From Tubiluchus corallicola (taxonomy: Eukaryota > Animalia > Priapulida), in assembly GCA_030141605.1 (NCBI GenBank), contig JAQGDQ010000681.1:1-64000 (forward strand): a DNA stretch of 64,000 nt, read 5' to 3'. Below, piece after piece: positions 44,601 to 58,200 of this stretch (position 1 is the stretch's first letter; each line of letters begins with the position of its first letter). A program made the position numbers and the translations under genes. The notes under the pieces are model-generated. The model was not told where the DNA came from, ran no database searches, and was given only the letters and a program-made list of their open reading frames with translations.

Positions 44601-47600
44601 CTACCAAGGGATCAATCAAAACTTGGCGAAGACGGACCAATCGATATACCACTGGTGAACCCAAGAACTGGTGAACAGTCAAGCATAAGAGATTACATTG
44701 GAGAGTGGAGCCTGCTTGTTATATTGCTGAGGCATTACCTGTGAAATCCGTGACGCCAGCACGTTGCAGCGGTCAGAGACAACTTGGAGAAATTCGCGGC
44801 TAAAAACACGAAGATTCTCCTGATACGTCACGAAGACGTGGAGCGTGCGCGGCTGTTTCTGGAGCAGGAGAAATGCGGATTTGACATGCTGGTCGACACC
44901 AAGAGAGATGTGTTTCACTTCTTCGGAATGGGTCGTTCAATGAACCACGCCGTGGGAAATTTGAAGTCAATGGAATTCTACAGCGGGGGCATCGCGAAGA
45001 CGGGCAAATATCCGGGCGTGGAAGACATTTTAGAAGTACCGGATGATGTTGACATCTTCCAAATGGCGGGTGATTTCCTGCTGGACAGCAATGGGAAGCT
45101 GGTGTGGTTATACAGAGCACCCGGTGCTACGGTGCGACCTTCTGTAGAAGAGATATTGGATGCTATATCGATTAATGTGAAGTAGAAGAATCACCGAGCT
45201 GGTTTCGTTAACTTTAGGGGTGAGCATTGAACGTTCCGAATTCAATTCAGTTTTTTTAGTTTGAACTCAACTGGAACCTAAAATTATAAATTCGAATGGT
45301 TCATCACTTTGCTGTACAAATGCTGTTTATCAACGAAACGTCACAACAATTTAGCAGCAATTATTCTGCAGTTTTTTAAAAAATTATTGGTGTTTTTACT
45401 GCAGAAGAAAATCAAGTAAAATGCAAGTTTCTAGGAATCAACATGTCTTGAGCGAAGATCGTTTCGGCTACTGAAGCCACTATCAAACTATAAATGAAGC
45501 CAAATAGAAGAATAAATGATACACGAATGATACAAAGGCACAAAATGAAACTACAAAACAACAGATTAGAATATAACTTATTAAAATAAACCAGGTTTTA
45601 TCAGAAGAGAAATTGCAGAGAAATGTACAAAATGTTTTACCTGACACGTGAGAACCAAAAAAGAACACAACAATTAATCCATGTTTACATAATGAAGAAC
45701 CTCAGCTGTAACCATTACAAGAATAAAACACAACTTCTACATTTTGCACAATTTACAACAAGTGGGATCTGCAATAAGGGAAACCATCAGCAATTCAATG
45801 TGAAAGTGATATGAGATTTCTTCTCTTACAGCCTGGTTTATTTTGATGAGTTAAATTCTAATCTGTTGTTTTGTAGTTTCAGTTTGTGCCTTTGTTCCAT
45901 TAATGTATTATTTATTTTTCTTTTTGGCTTCATTTATAGTTTGATAATGGCTTCAATAGGCAAAGTGAATGTCGCTCAATAAACATGTTGAAAACGCATG
46001 ACCTTTGTGAGACAGCTTTGCCTTGATGTTTCGAAAGTTTATTCAAAAAAAAAACTTCAATACTAAATTCGGATTTGAAAAACTTAAAGTTTGGTTTCAT
46101 TCGAGTTCAAAAGTCACAATTTCGATTCGAATTCGGTTTCCGGCGAAGATGCTCACCCTAGTTAACTTAACAATGTGATTTCAAACAGTTCATGAACGCG
46201 ATTGGTTAAATGGATTCCAAACCTTTTGCGGGAGACAGTTGTTTAAATCACGTGCAGTTTGCGGGATTTTTGTCGTACATTTTCGCACTAAATTTAACAC
46301 ACAACATTTTTGCAAATCTCACATTCTCTGTTAAATTAATGTTATCCATACTTAACATGATTGTTTGTGCGTACATGGTGCACAAAAGGGAAGTAAACAC
46401 TGTTTGGGCACGTACATATGTCTTATTTTAAGTAGGTGAAGGAAAAATATTGAGTCAATTAAGCGAAGTTATTTGAGTCAATTACCGATAGTTTTTATGT
46501 ATATTTGAATAGAAGCGTTCAAGGCGTTTCTGAGTCAAATAAGTGATTGACTATATTAACAGTGAGTCTATTAAGCAGCACCTACTGTATTTCAGTTGTT
46601 AAACTTGTCAATGAAATTGACATAGTAGCAAGAACTAAGAATAAAATGATGACGTCATTGCTAAAAAAAGATTTATTTTATCTTTACATTATAATGAACC
46701 AACCACAATGCCAAAAATGCAAACTCATCAATTACCAATTTCAAATTCAAATTCAAAATTGTTAAATTTAAGTTGATTATTGGCAGTTCAGAGGCGGAAA
46801 ATCTTACAAATGTCCCATGCAGTTGGCGAATCAAACGCAAAGATTTTTAGAGAAGTATCTAATATCGAGATATTCACGTGGGGGGGGGGGGAGGTGATGT
46901 TTGCAGCAAAGGACCACAGAGCCCCACTTCAACTTTATTAGAATTTTCACCACTTACAGTCAACCTCGGGTACAAGGTACTCGCTCATAAGGGACACTCG
47001 TTTATAAGGAACCACCAACACCAGTCCCGATTATTCGTAACGTTTTTCCTATGTAAAAATCTTCGTATATAAGGTACTCGGATAATAGGGACTTTTGGTT
47101 CTAAAGGACGATATCTTTAGGTCCCGCGTAAAAGAAACCCAGGTAAATTACCTCACACATAATGGACCCTATGATCAAAGCGAAATTGATAGATTTTTAA
47201 CCTCAATTTTTCGCAAACCCGACCTTTGAACAGCTCGGTTTCCGCGGTGACATACATCTCGCATCACTGAATGAGCTTCCTACATACCGTTTGCACTGAA
47301 TGTGTAGCAATAATATATTAAAATATGGGTAAAAGTACAGAAAAGTACAGGTCTAGATAAACCCTCGGTCTGGCTCAACTTCAGCTATAAGGGACATAGG
47401 ATATAAGGGACGGTTTTTTCCAGCCCCGACGTGTCCCTTATACCCGAGGTTGACTGTAGATATTATGTAATTCCAATTTTACATCATATAGCTTGCTATG
47501 ACAGAACTTTTTGGACTTCATATTAAAATGCTAGTATGTCTATAGCAGTTGTTAGTGGACTGTTTATTTTGGAACATCCTGTGGAAGTTGGAATTGTACA

Positions 47601-50600
47601 TTGTAATTAGGTGCTGCCATCTATGTGCTAATCTTGTTACATTCTACCAGCTGACTTACCTTCGGTATAATTGTATGGTCCAGTGACTACATACACACTG
47701 GTCCTCTCCCTATCTAAAATCAATGGTTGTTGTGAAGCCTGTGCAACTCTGCATAGGTCAAGTTCTATACCTGTATACAGGCTGTGAAACAGGTTTTACT
47801 GACTGTTTTTGCTTTCTAGTTTTGCTCAATGTTCAGTGCAGCAGTTTTGCTGCTCATGTTTTCTGTAGTTCAATAAACACTTTTCTGTTGTGTGCAGTGC
47901 AAATATTTATTACAGATTTTTGGTTCCTATTCATACTTCTCTGTGTCTAAACTCAATCATAACAAAGTGACTGAACAAACAACTTCAAAAATTGCACATC
48001 CTGTACAATTACATTTTATAGTAACAATTGCAACAGCATCACACCTCGGGTTGTTGATAATGACACACCGTCGGCGTCAGGTATGTGAGCGCACGCAGCA
48101 CACGTTCCTTCATGTCGTGCGAAGCGCCATCTATGAGCAACATCTTCGGAACTAAGTTGCACCAACCGTTCAAAAAGATCGCCCCTTCTAAGTCGGCACT
48201 AAAAATGAAAAAACAAATTTTGGAAAGCGTCTAAGTATATTTGCAAAGAGACGGATCATTGATGTTTATTACTGAAATATTTATTTAGACCACAGAAAGT
48301 GACTATATGTAATTTATGTGGAGAGAGAAGGCAATTGTAAAATACATAAATAAGTATATGAACAACGTAAGTTATTATTAATTAATTTCCATATAGTCTA
48401 CATAATTTTATATCAATTCTTAGTTATAGCAACACATTTAATCATACAACTAAATGTTAATAATCAATATCAATTCTAGTATCAATTGTATTTCAGAATA
48501 AAGAAACTTTTGGTCAATACGTTAAACTGGTGATTTGTATCCATTTCATAGACAAATGCGAAATCGGTGCGAATTCAGTATGGCGCTGAGAAGTACACGA
48601 ATGAAAGACGTTACTACGATGGTGTTTAATGAGACGATCATGATACTGCCTCTAGAACATAGTTATGGTAATTCTAAAATATAAAACAAAGGAAAGATGA
48701 ATTGAAAATTAAATGTGTGCTCGCAAATCAAAACCGTTCACAAGTCGGCCAATTTAAAACTGTGTTACGATGCTTCAAAGTAGAATGCACCAATAATTTG
48801 GTCAAATGTCGATTTTTTATGAAAACGAATGCTAAAAATGGTGGAATTTTATATTCTAGCATCAAATTATCAGGAAAATGTCTAAAAATACCAAAAATGT
48901 AATTTTATAATTCGTTACCGACTTTTCTGTCTAGAAACAAGCACTGCAATTGTAAAAAAACTTTTATTTTCAAACTCTGATTGTAGCTCGCAGAAGCAGC
49001 CATTTTGCTTCGGGTTTTTTCTAATGACAAGACCAGATCATCCTCAAGAAGACCCATCTGCTGGATTTAAACACAACTTCAACTTGTTCTTACAAGGTCC
49101 TCAGCAACCAGCACTTGTGCGGTTGGCAAGTGTTTTGTAGAAACGTGACAAAAAACAATGGCTGACTTTAACAATGATTTTCTCAAGATTATGTTTTTCA
49201 GTGCATAGCCTGCACCTCAACTTCAACGTGGATTATCTTAGCTTAGAAATAACATAGAGCGATGAACTTGGTATCAAAATGATCCTCACGAAATGGAGAT
49301 TCAGGATGTGAATAACTAGAAAAATTTAATTGCTGACTCATGGATGATTTTGCTATGCAAGCACACATATTGCAATTGTAATTTTAAGAATGAGCAAAAT
49401 ACCGTTCATGTTGTTTTATCAAGTCAAACAAATCCTTAGTCTTCATCAGCTGCCTCTCGTACCTCTCCCGAGCCGAGCTTCTCTCTGCCAGTAGGTCGGT
49501 GACAAGAACCACCGCTTTCGTCTGCAGCTTCATAAGCGATGCATCGTGAAGAAGATCAGTCAGCACCTGAAATGAAGTGATTGAAAGTTCAGGACGCGCT
49601 ACACTGCAATCCCACCACCAAGGCCGGTTTTAAGCCAATCTGATTTCATTCAGTGTCCGATTTGATCATGACAATTTTCTGAAGGATTTATAAAAAGTGA
49701 AGATCAATTATCAGTGATGTTAACTTGAATATCGTCCTCAAGTATCATCCTACTAAATTGATACCAAACATTCCACGCACAGTGATTGCTTCAAAGGATC
49801 ATATAAAAAGAAAGAGCACAGCCCCCAGGACTGAGCCTTGAGGCAGACCAAAGTGGAGATGGTGATGTGCGTAGAACCTAGAGTGCTTCGTCATCTCATG
49901 AGCTGAATCTTCACAAGCCAGTCTTCCTGTCCTTTTGAACATTCAGAGGGCCTCCAAGAGGGGGCCCAGCACACACGCTCGAGCAGAGAACGCTACGATG
50001 AATTAATGAGCGTCCAGTTTACACAAAGTTTCTTGATACTGTGAACGTAGTCAAACGATTCAGTCTGTCGTCGTATTTCTACGTTTCGATGTTTTTACTG
50101 ATCTTTTGTTTAGTTGTTTTGTAATTTCAGTTTGTCATCTCTTTTTAGAAGGTACAGGCACAAACAGTATGTTGGTAATTATCTTAACTTGTATCAAAAT
50201 ATTAAATATTTCATAGACGGTTTTAATTTCTATGACATATCATTGTGGCTGATGATGGAGCTCCAAACTCTCAATGCTTTTTGGTTGGTGCTGGATTACT
50301 ACACGAAGCATAAAGCATCAATCCAGGGATGAGAATAACAAATTGCAAAAAAAGTCTGAAACAAATTGCAATTTTGTGACAATAGAGAGCCTCTAAGTGG
50401 ACTTTTTAAATTATGCTTTGGTATTTCGGTTGTTTGTGTCTGGAGGCCTCAAAGCTTCACATTAGTCTGCAATGAAGATATGCCGCATTGCCGTAAAAGG
50501 CATGCTACAAATCGTACAGATTATCAAATAAACGATATTTACGCTTTATTTGAACTATTTTAGCCAAAATTTTTCAGCGATTTTTAACATCTAGGAGATA

Positions 50601-53600
50601 AAAGGTAAACTGGATGAATACCTCGAAAAATGCTACTGAAAGTTTCGGTTACGATTTCGACGAAAACGAGGTTCAACCCCGAAAAATTTTGTTAACGAAT
50701 TTATGCGATTTACAAAAATCTGCAAATTAGGCATCGCACTTCCTAGCACTTTCCCTGCCCCTAACCCCCCACACCCGCACACAATCAGCATTACCTGCCC
50801 AGGGTAATATCCTAAAAAAATATAGGACATTTTTTGAAAAAGATATACGAATTATAGGACATTTTCAAAAAATATATGAATTACAGGACATTTTCAAAAA
50901 AATATACGAATTATAGGACAAGTACGAGCCCTGCTGCCCTGCGCAGTAACAAGGACCATAACATTATTATCATTGGCCTTAGTAATATACTTACAGCAAC
51001 ACCACCATATTCAACAAACTTCTCCTGAGACAGCGGAAAATGTCGAACGAGACACGAAAGGGCGTACAGCATGCGACTCCGTTCCGTATCCCCCGGCTGC
51101 GCGGAGAGGTGAAACAGGAGCGTGTGCAAAATGCCCTCTTCCAGTACAGAAATTTGCACCGGGGGATTGCTAAACAAACAAACAAACAAACAGACAAATG
51201 ACGTCACATTTCAAAAAACTGAATGTTGGGCAGAAAAGTTGAATAATTTTGGGGATTTACACATTCCTACAAACGGAAGGAGTTTACATTTCTCCACACA
51301 ATTTAAATACCCTAACCCTAGCCCTAGCCCTGACCCTAATGCTACCCCATTACCCTACACCTAGCCCCAATTCCATGCTAGCTCAATGCTAACCCTACCC
51401 CTTACCCTAACCTTAACCCCAAACCTAACCTTAACCCTAATCGTAATCCTAACAATAATTCTAATCTTAACCCTAACCCTAATTCTAATCTTAACCCTAA
51501 TCCTAATTCTAATCTTAACCCTAACCCTAACCATAATTCTAATGTTAACCCCAAACCTAACCCTAACCCTAATCCTAATCTTAACCCTAACCCTAATCAT
51601 AACACAACTGCCACCACCGCCACCACTATTACCATCACCATCACAACAACAAAAACAGTAATAGTAACAGCAACAGCAACAGTAACAATAACAACAACAA
51701 CAACAGCAGCAGCAGCAGTAACTGAACCTAAACAAGGTTACAAAATGGTCTGCCGGGCCAAAGAAAACTGATTACAATTCAAGGATATACAAAGATATAC
51801 CGTATTTTCCCGTGTATAAGAGACCCCTTCAATTTTTAGGCAAAAATTCTGGAAAAAAGTTTTTTCAGACGGACATTTTTAGAGGGTAAAGTACAACTTT
51901 TTTCAACTCAGTGCGGTACTGAAAACAAAATAAAACCAGTTAATGTGTTGTAGAAAAAGAGTACTGGTATATATTAAAGTGCGTACCTGCAAACCTGTAA
52001 CAGGAAAAGAGAAAACGAGGAGATAATGCCTGTGTCACGATGCTTGTATTGCTTACAACCGCTTCATAGTCGAACGCGACACGCAAAACAGTTGTAGAGC
52101 ACTTATTTCTTTAAAATCATTAGTGTCACAATTTATGCATCTTATTGAAAAGACTTACTCCCATGTATAAGAGACCCCCTATTTTTAAAGTGAAAATTCT
52201 GAGCAAAAAAGGGTCTCTTATACACGGGAAAATACGGTATATATTTGAGTATATATATATATGTATATCTTTGAGTTGTAATCAGTTTTCTTGGGCGCGG
52301 CAAACCGTTTTGAATATATATTATATATATTTATATATTTATATATATATATATATATAATCAAAAGCGTTTCCTTCGTTAGAAGCATTATAACAAGGTT
52401 TGACTGTACAATCCTGCATAGAACATACCTCTGAAGAGCAGAACCAAGTACAAGAGCAGCCTCTGTTCTCAGCGAGGAATCAGTGCTATTAAGAGCCTTC
52501 TTGATTAGTGGCAAGCCTCCGAATTTGACGAAATCTTGAGCAACATCAATCTGAAAGTGGACGGGATAATTTTAGTTGGAGCAATCCCATTCACCGGGAA
52601 CGACAATACGGTAAAACAATGCTCTAATTTGATGATTATTGTGTAACATAATCCTCTGAACCATAGTCAATGTCGTGTCGCTAAAGTTGTCGCTGGGGTG
52701 CTTTGGGGAGAGCCAACAACCGACATTGGCAAGTTTATCAGACTGTTTTTGTAGTTGCGATGTTCGTGTTAAACAGATAAAATCACTTGATGAAAACATG
52801 GTTTAACTTTGCGATCTGTATTTTACTCAAAATCATAGACTCATAGTCAGTCCACATATATGCAAAAATGGTAAACGTGATCAACAGTAGTAAACAAATG
52901 TTAAAGTAAATCCATCAGCCAATATATCATGGCACCTGAGTCAAAACGTTATTATACCCAAACCACTGTTTAAGCCCATTGCTTGTCCTCTAATCTTGCT
53001 ACCAAGTGTGAAAAACTACTAGATTCACAGAGAAGCCGAGTAACCCAGTTCCATACAAACATATAGCAGTAGCAAGTACATACATATATTGGAAACTACC
53101 AAGTGTACAAACAGATGTCAGCACTGACTTAGTGATAACGAAAAACTAAAGTTTAAAACTACAAATCAAAATTAATAATAAACTGTAAATTAAATGCTCG
53201 CAGTCAACAATTATCGTCAAAGCAAAGTAGGTTAACTATCTAGAACTACATTAAAAAATTTAAGCAGCAGCAAGGGGGGTGGCAACAACAGCAGCAGCAG
53301 CCACAAGTGCCTCGACTGCCGCCGCCGTCAACACCACCACCACCATCACGACAACAACAACAACAACAGCAATAACAGCAGCAGCAGCTGCTACAACTGC
53401 TGCCACCATCACCATCGCAACAACAAAAACAACAACAACAACAATAACAAAAATGACGTTAACAACAACAACAGCAGAAGCTGCTACTACTGCCGCCACT
53501 ACTACCATCACCATCACAACAACAAAAACAGTAACAACAGCAGCAACAGCAAAAACAACAACAGCAGCTGCTACAACTGCCGCCACCACTACTACCATCA

Positions 53601-55201
53601 CCATCACAACAAAAAACAGCAACAGCAGCACCAACAACAACAATAACAAAAACAATGACAACAACAGCAGCAACAGCGGCACCAACGACAACAACAACAA
53701 AAACAGCAACAGCAATAACAACAGCAAAAATAACAACAACAACAACAACAGCAACAACAACAACAACAACAACAACCACAACAACAGCAACAACAACAAT
53801 ACTAATATAAGAAAAAACAACTTGATAACCTGGAAGAAATTTCCCACAATCATTCTAACAATCTCAAACATTAATAAAACTAATAAATTAACTGTGAATT
53901 AATTGCAACTCTGTACTTCGCTACCGACCTGATGCAAGTAGTATTCCAAATCGGTGAAAATTCTCACTTTCTCTGCGACGTCTGTGGACTTGTTGTAGCG
54001 CTGCAAAAGCTCAGTTACAATTTCCTGGTCGGTCCGAACGTCCACTTTCTGGTCCGACAGCATTTTCTTCAGCTCGTCGTAGCTGCGGTGTGAACCGGCC
54101 TTTTCCTATGATATTATAATAAATAAAAACGTGTACTAAGATAATAATGAAGATAATAATAATAAGAAAATTCTTTGTCACACTTTACCGTCTTTATTGG
54201 ATCAGCTCTGTTATTATCGGCACATAACTCAAGAATTACACGCCAACAACCCTACACCTGCTACTATCTACAACCACATTTTTCATAAACTCAGATCAGG
54301 TCATCCATCCAGTAGCATTCTCTTCAATTGTTGCAGAACTATATAAAGTACACTAAACGTTTTGCTAACTGATTGTACGTACAGTTGTATTTTACGTTAT
54401 TATGTAGACTGTCTCTCATTCAAGTACTCATTAATAAACAATTTATGCTAGAATCAACTATGCGTACTGCTGTAATAATTGCAATACTACATTAACCGTA
54501 TTAATTCCATATGTATTGGATTTCTGATTTAAGTAGCAACATTGTACATTACAATGTACAACTTGCACTTTGCGTGGGCGTATAGGATTATGTACATCCA
54601 GAATCGTTTCTGTTATCGTATCCGTGTATGGGTTTTGTAAATTTCAATTAAGTATTAACAAATGAACTAGTCGTATTTTTGAATTAACTATTATGCGTTA
54701 TTACATACTCGAACTAACTAATTGCATATTTCTTCAATGCACATAGTGGAAATACTGTGATCAGTAATAGTTACTGTGTTGCAAATCCACTCAAAATAAA
54801 TAAAGTTATTCCATATATTCAATAAATATATATATACCAAGATGTTGTAGAACAAATATGGCAAAACATTTCATTAGTTATATGGGACCAGTCCTATAGA
54901 ATAGACTAAGCCAAAATTCAAAATGTAGTCACTCCCTTTCAAGTTTTAAAAAAACCGTCAGAAAAGAAATGTTTCAAGAGTATTAAGAGTAACACAGTTT
55001 GATAATGGTAATCACCTGCATTCTTTTTCCACAGTAATCTTAATCAAATGTGACTATGCTCAACAGGTTACTGAACACTTTATAATCATGATCACGGTTT
55101 TCTTAGTTCTCGCTCCATTTCATCATTCATTCACTACTCGCCCTACATCACAGTTTTTCTTAGTTCTTGCTCCATTTCATCTTTCATTCACTACTCCCCC
55201 C

Positions 55202-55245
<44 letters not shown>

Positions 55246-58200
55246 CATTATTTCAATTATTAATCATTTCTTTAAGATTTCCACATACGGTCTGGCCTGT
55301 CAAGCTATGCTTTTAGGCTCAAAATGTATGCATCAAAATTATTCTGTAATGTAATTTGCACATGTATATGCTGCATAAGAATCTCTTTCGCAATTTCTGG
55401 ATAACATTGCATTTATATTTATATTTAGTTCAGTGGAAAATTATCTGTATTTTTTTGTAACTGTAAGATGCAGTGTGGAAATAAATAAACTTAAACTTAA
55501 CTTAAACTTAAACTATATATACTTTACTGTCTTGAGAATCAGCTAGTTCATTCTTAAAGTTCTTCAGTGCTTTCTTTAACTCTTCGGGTGAATATTGTAT
55601 TTCGCCTGATGCTGAATTTTCATTTTTCTCCATGAGTTTGGCCTGCTTTTCACCCGTCTGCAGGTCAAGCCTGATGTGAAGCCCGGCCGGAACTTTCTGA
55701 CCTGCAAAAATCGGACGAATTTATTTATTCCACAGCAACAAAAAATACATACAAATCGTTATTACATTGAAAAAAAAATTATAAACCAAACGAGTTACTG
55801 TGAGGAGGGGGAAGGAGCATTAAGCTTTCGAGTCCTCCTCCAGATAAGTGAAACAATTGACAATTAACATTACATTTTCATCAGTTATATCGAACATTAG
55901 AACAAAACAAGTTTTGTTAGTAACTTAAGATCAGGATGAGTAAAATTGTGAGTTAATTATACCGTTGTAGTAAGTAATTCTTTGATGCTTTTTTAAATTA
56001 ATAAAGATTCAGTCGGAATTGATGACCACATTTTAATAGCATTATATTTAGATGACTATTTCATTATATTTGTTTTTGGAAGGGGGAGTACGTAGTTTCC
56101 GAATGAATATCTTGTGTAATGATCATGTTGATTTGAAACAGGACTAAAGTATGACTGAAAAGCTGGTGGAAGTAGTGAATTATGATACTGATACAGGAAA
56201 TGAAGAGAATGCATGCCATATATTTCTTTCACTTTAACAGTTTTAACAGACAAGTAAATTATATTTGTAGGATGGTCATACCTTACATGATATATAAGTT
56301 CTGGGTAACTTGTAAAGCTTCCAATTTAATTTTATATACACCATCCCACCCCGGATAAAAGCTTGTTACATCCGGGTAAAGAATTACCGGAAGGGCACGA
56401 ATTTGCCCTTTGCCAAATACATTGCGCAATTGATATTTCCCTGCTGAATGTCAGATGATTAAAACAGTGAAGCAGTGGCAGCTCGTATATAGGTACTGTG
56501 GAAATGCAGCGCCCCCTATTTTCACTCAATATTATTGATAATATTTAAGATAATAAGTTGTTTTTCTTTAGTTCTTTATACTTGTACGGAAACCATGTGT
56601 ATAGGTACCGTGGAACTGCAGCGCCCCCTATTTTCGTTCATTAATATCGATAATATTCAATATAATAAGTCTTTTTCTTTAGTTCTTTCTTTGTACTTGA
56701 TAAAAAAGCACAAAAATGAAATACAAGGGTGGTAGCAAGAGTAAGGAAATGACAATGGAGAGTGAATGAGATGACGGAGAAAATGAAGTTTAGATTCGCA
56801 TGAGAATGTAACACTGATTTTTGTTACAACATAAATTATGTAGACGTTTTTCATACAGTTCGCCCAATCGTGGTTCATGTATAGGTACCGTGGTACAGCA
56901 GCACCCCTTGTTTTCACTCATTAATATAGATGATATTCAATATAATAAGTCTTTTTCTTTAGCTCTTTCTTTATACTTGTACGGAACCAGAGCACAAGAT
57001 GGTAGTACCGTTTGCTTTACGGCCCAGCACAGTGCGCTCCAGCAATGCGGTGTTTGGCCGTTATGTCCATGCGGCCATGTGCACATGTCTGAAATAATAC
57101 GCCGTATGCTGCACTGCTAGTGTCTGCTGCTAAGTAGAGAAAGTACTGTCACTCACACAGGGTGTGTGCTGTCAGTTGTCACGTGCTCAAAAACTGTGTA
57201 CTGGCATATTCTTGAACTTCTACAATTTAAGCTATTCGTAAGCAAAAATTTTATTTAGGATTTTATCAAGTTTATGTATAAATTTTTGTACGTTTGTTTG
57301 TTTAAAATTGCAATTAGAACACTAAAATTACATATGTTTATTTCGTTTTGCATAATATGAAAAAAAAGGCTAAAAATTTTCTAAAGCAGCACCTCCATTA
57401 ATTTTAACTACGGGCAAGTAGTACGACTGTAAATTCAGAAAAACAAGTGACAGTATATGTGCAATAAAGCAAGCACACTACTGTAAACGATTTTTTCAAA
57501 GACAATTTTTCTTGTACATAAACAACAGAGAACTTTGTGTATATTGGCTATAAAATGTTTGTGTTTTACTTAAGAGAAAACAGCAATACTATTAAGCACA
57601 AAATTTGTGCATTGAGAAGAATATAAATCGACTCTATATATTCCGCACCCTCAAAACGCATCCGTAAACGATGCCACGTAAACGCCACTTTAGGCTGTAT
57701 AGGACAAGGCTTACTTATTAGCTGGTGTTGTGTTTTGTTTCTCTCGGAAGGCTCGTAGAGAAAACCAGAAAACACTTCATCAAATTAAACTAGTTTATTA
57801 AGCGAGAATTCTACAACACAAAAGTATGAAGGAACGTTTACAGTAAATGTGATAATCTGGAAAACGTTTGAGTGTATCTGAAAAAACAGGTATACAAGAG
57901 AATGTGTGCGTCCGTGTGAATCTGCATGTGTCCCTCAGCGACCTGCTTCGCCTTATATAGGGTGCCAGAGAACATTCTAGACGAGTCTTTCTAGAACATG
58001 CTACAAGGTAAGACGATTATTCTAACGGAACATTCTACAATGCCAGCGATCTCCACAACAGCTGGGAAAATTCCTGCTTAGCAGTTTTAAAGTTTTTGCT
58101 TTTTTCTTTATTCTATTATGTTACGTCTTGTAACAGTGGACTATTTTAGCATTTCCTATTATCTCTCCCAAATACGCTGTCTTTAGTTTACTTTTACATA

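Noticed and set aside
44742-44753. Two nonsense mutations making a pseudogene
   Set aside because: Both TGAs sit at CxxC-equivalent positions, the rest of the frame is clean and a canonical SECIS is present.
51311-51597. TTAGGG-like tract as a telomere or chromosome fusion site
   Set aside because: Highly degenerate, single orientation, inside an intron of an intact gene.
53260-53902. Mucin-like Thr/Ala/Asn ORF and poly-Leu/Val ORF
   Set aside because: Trinucleotide low-complexity sequence within SIL1 intron 3.
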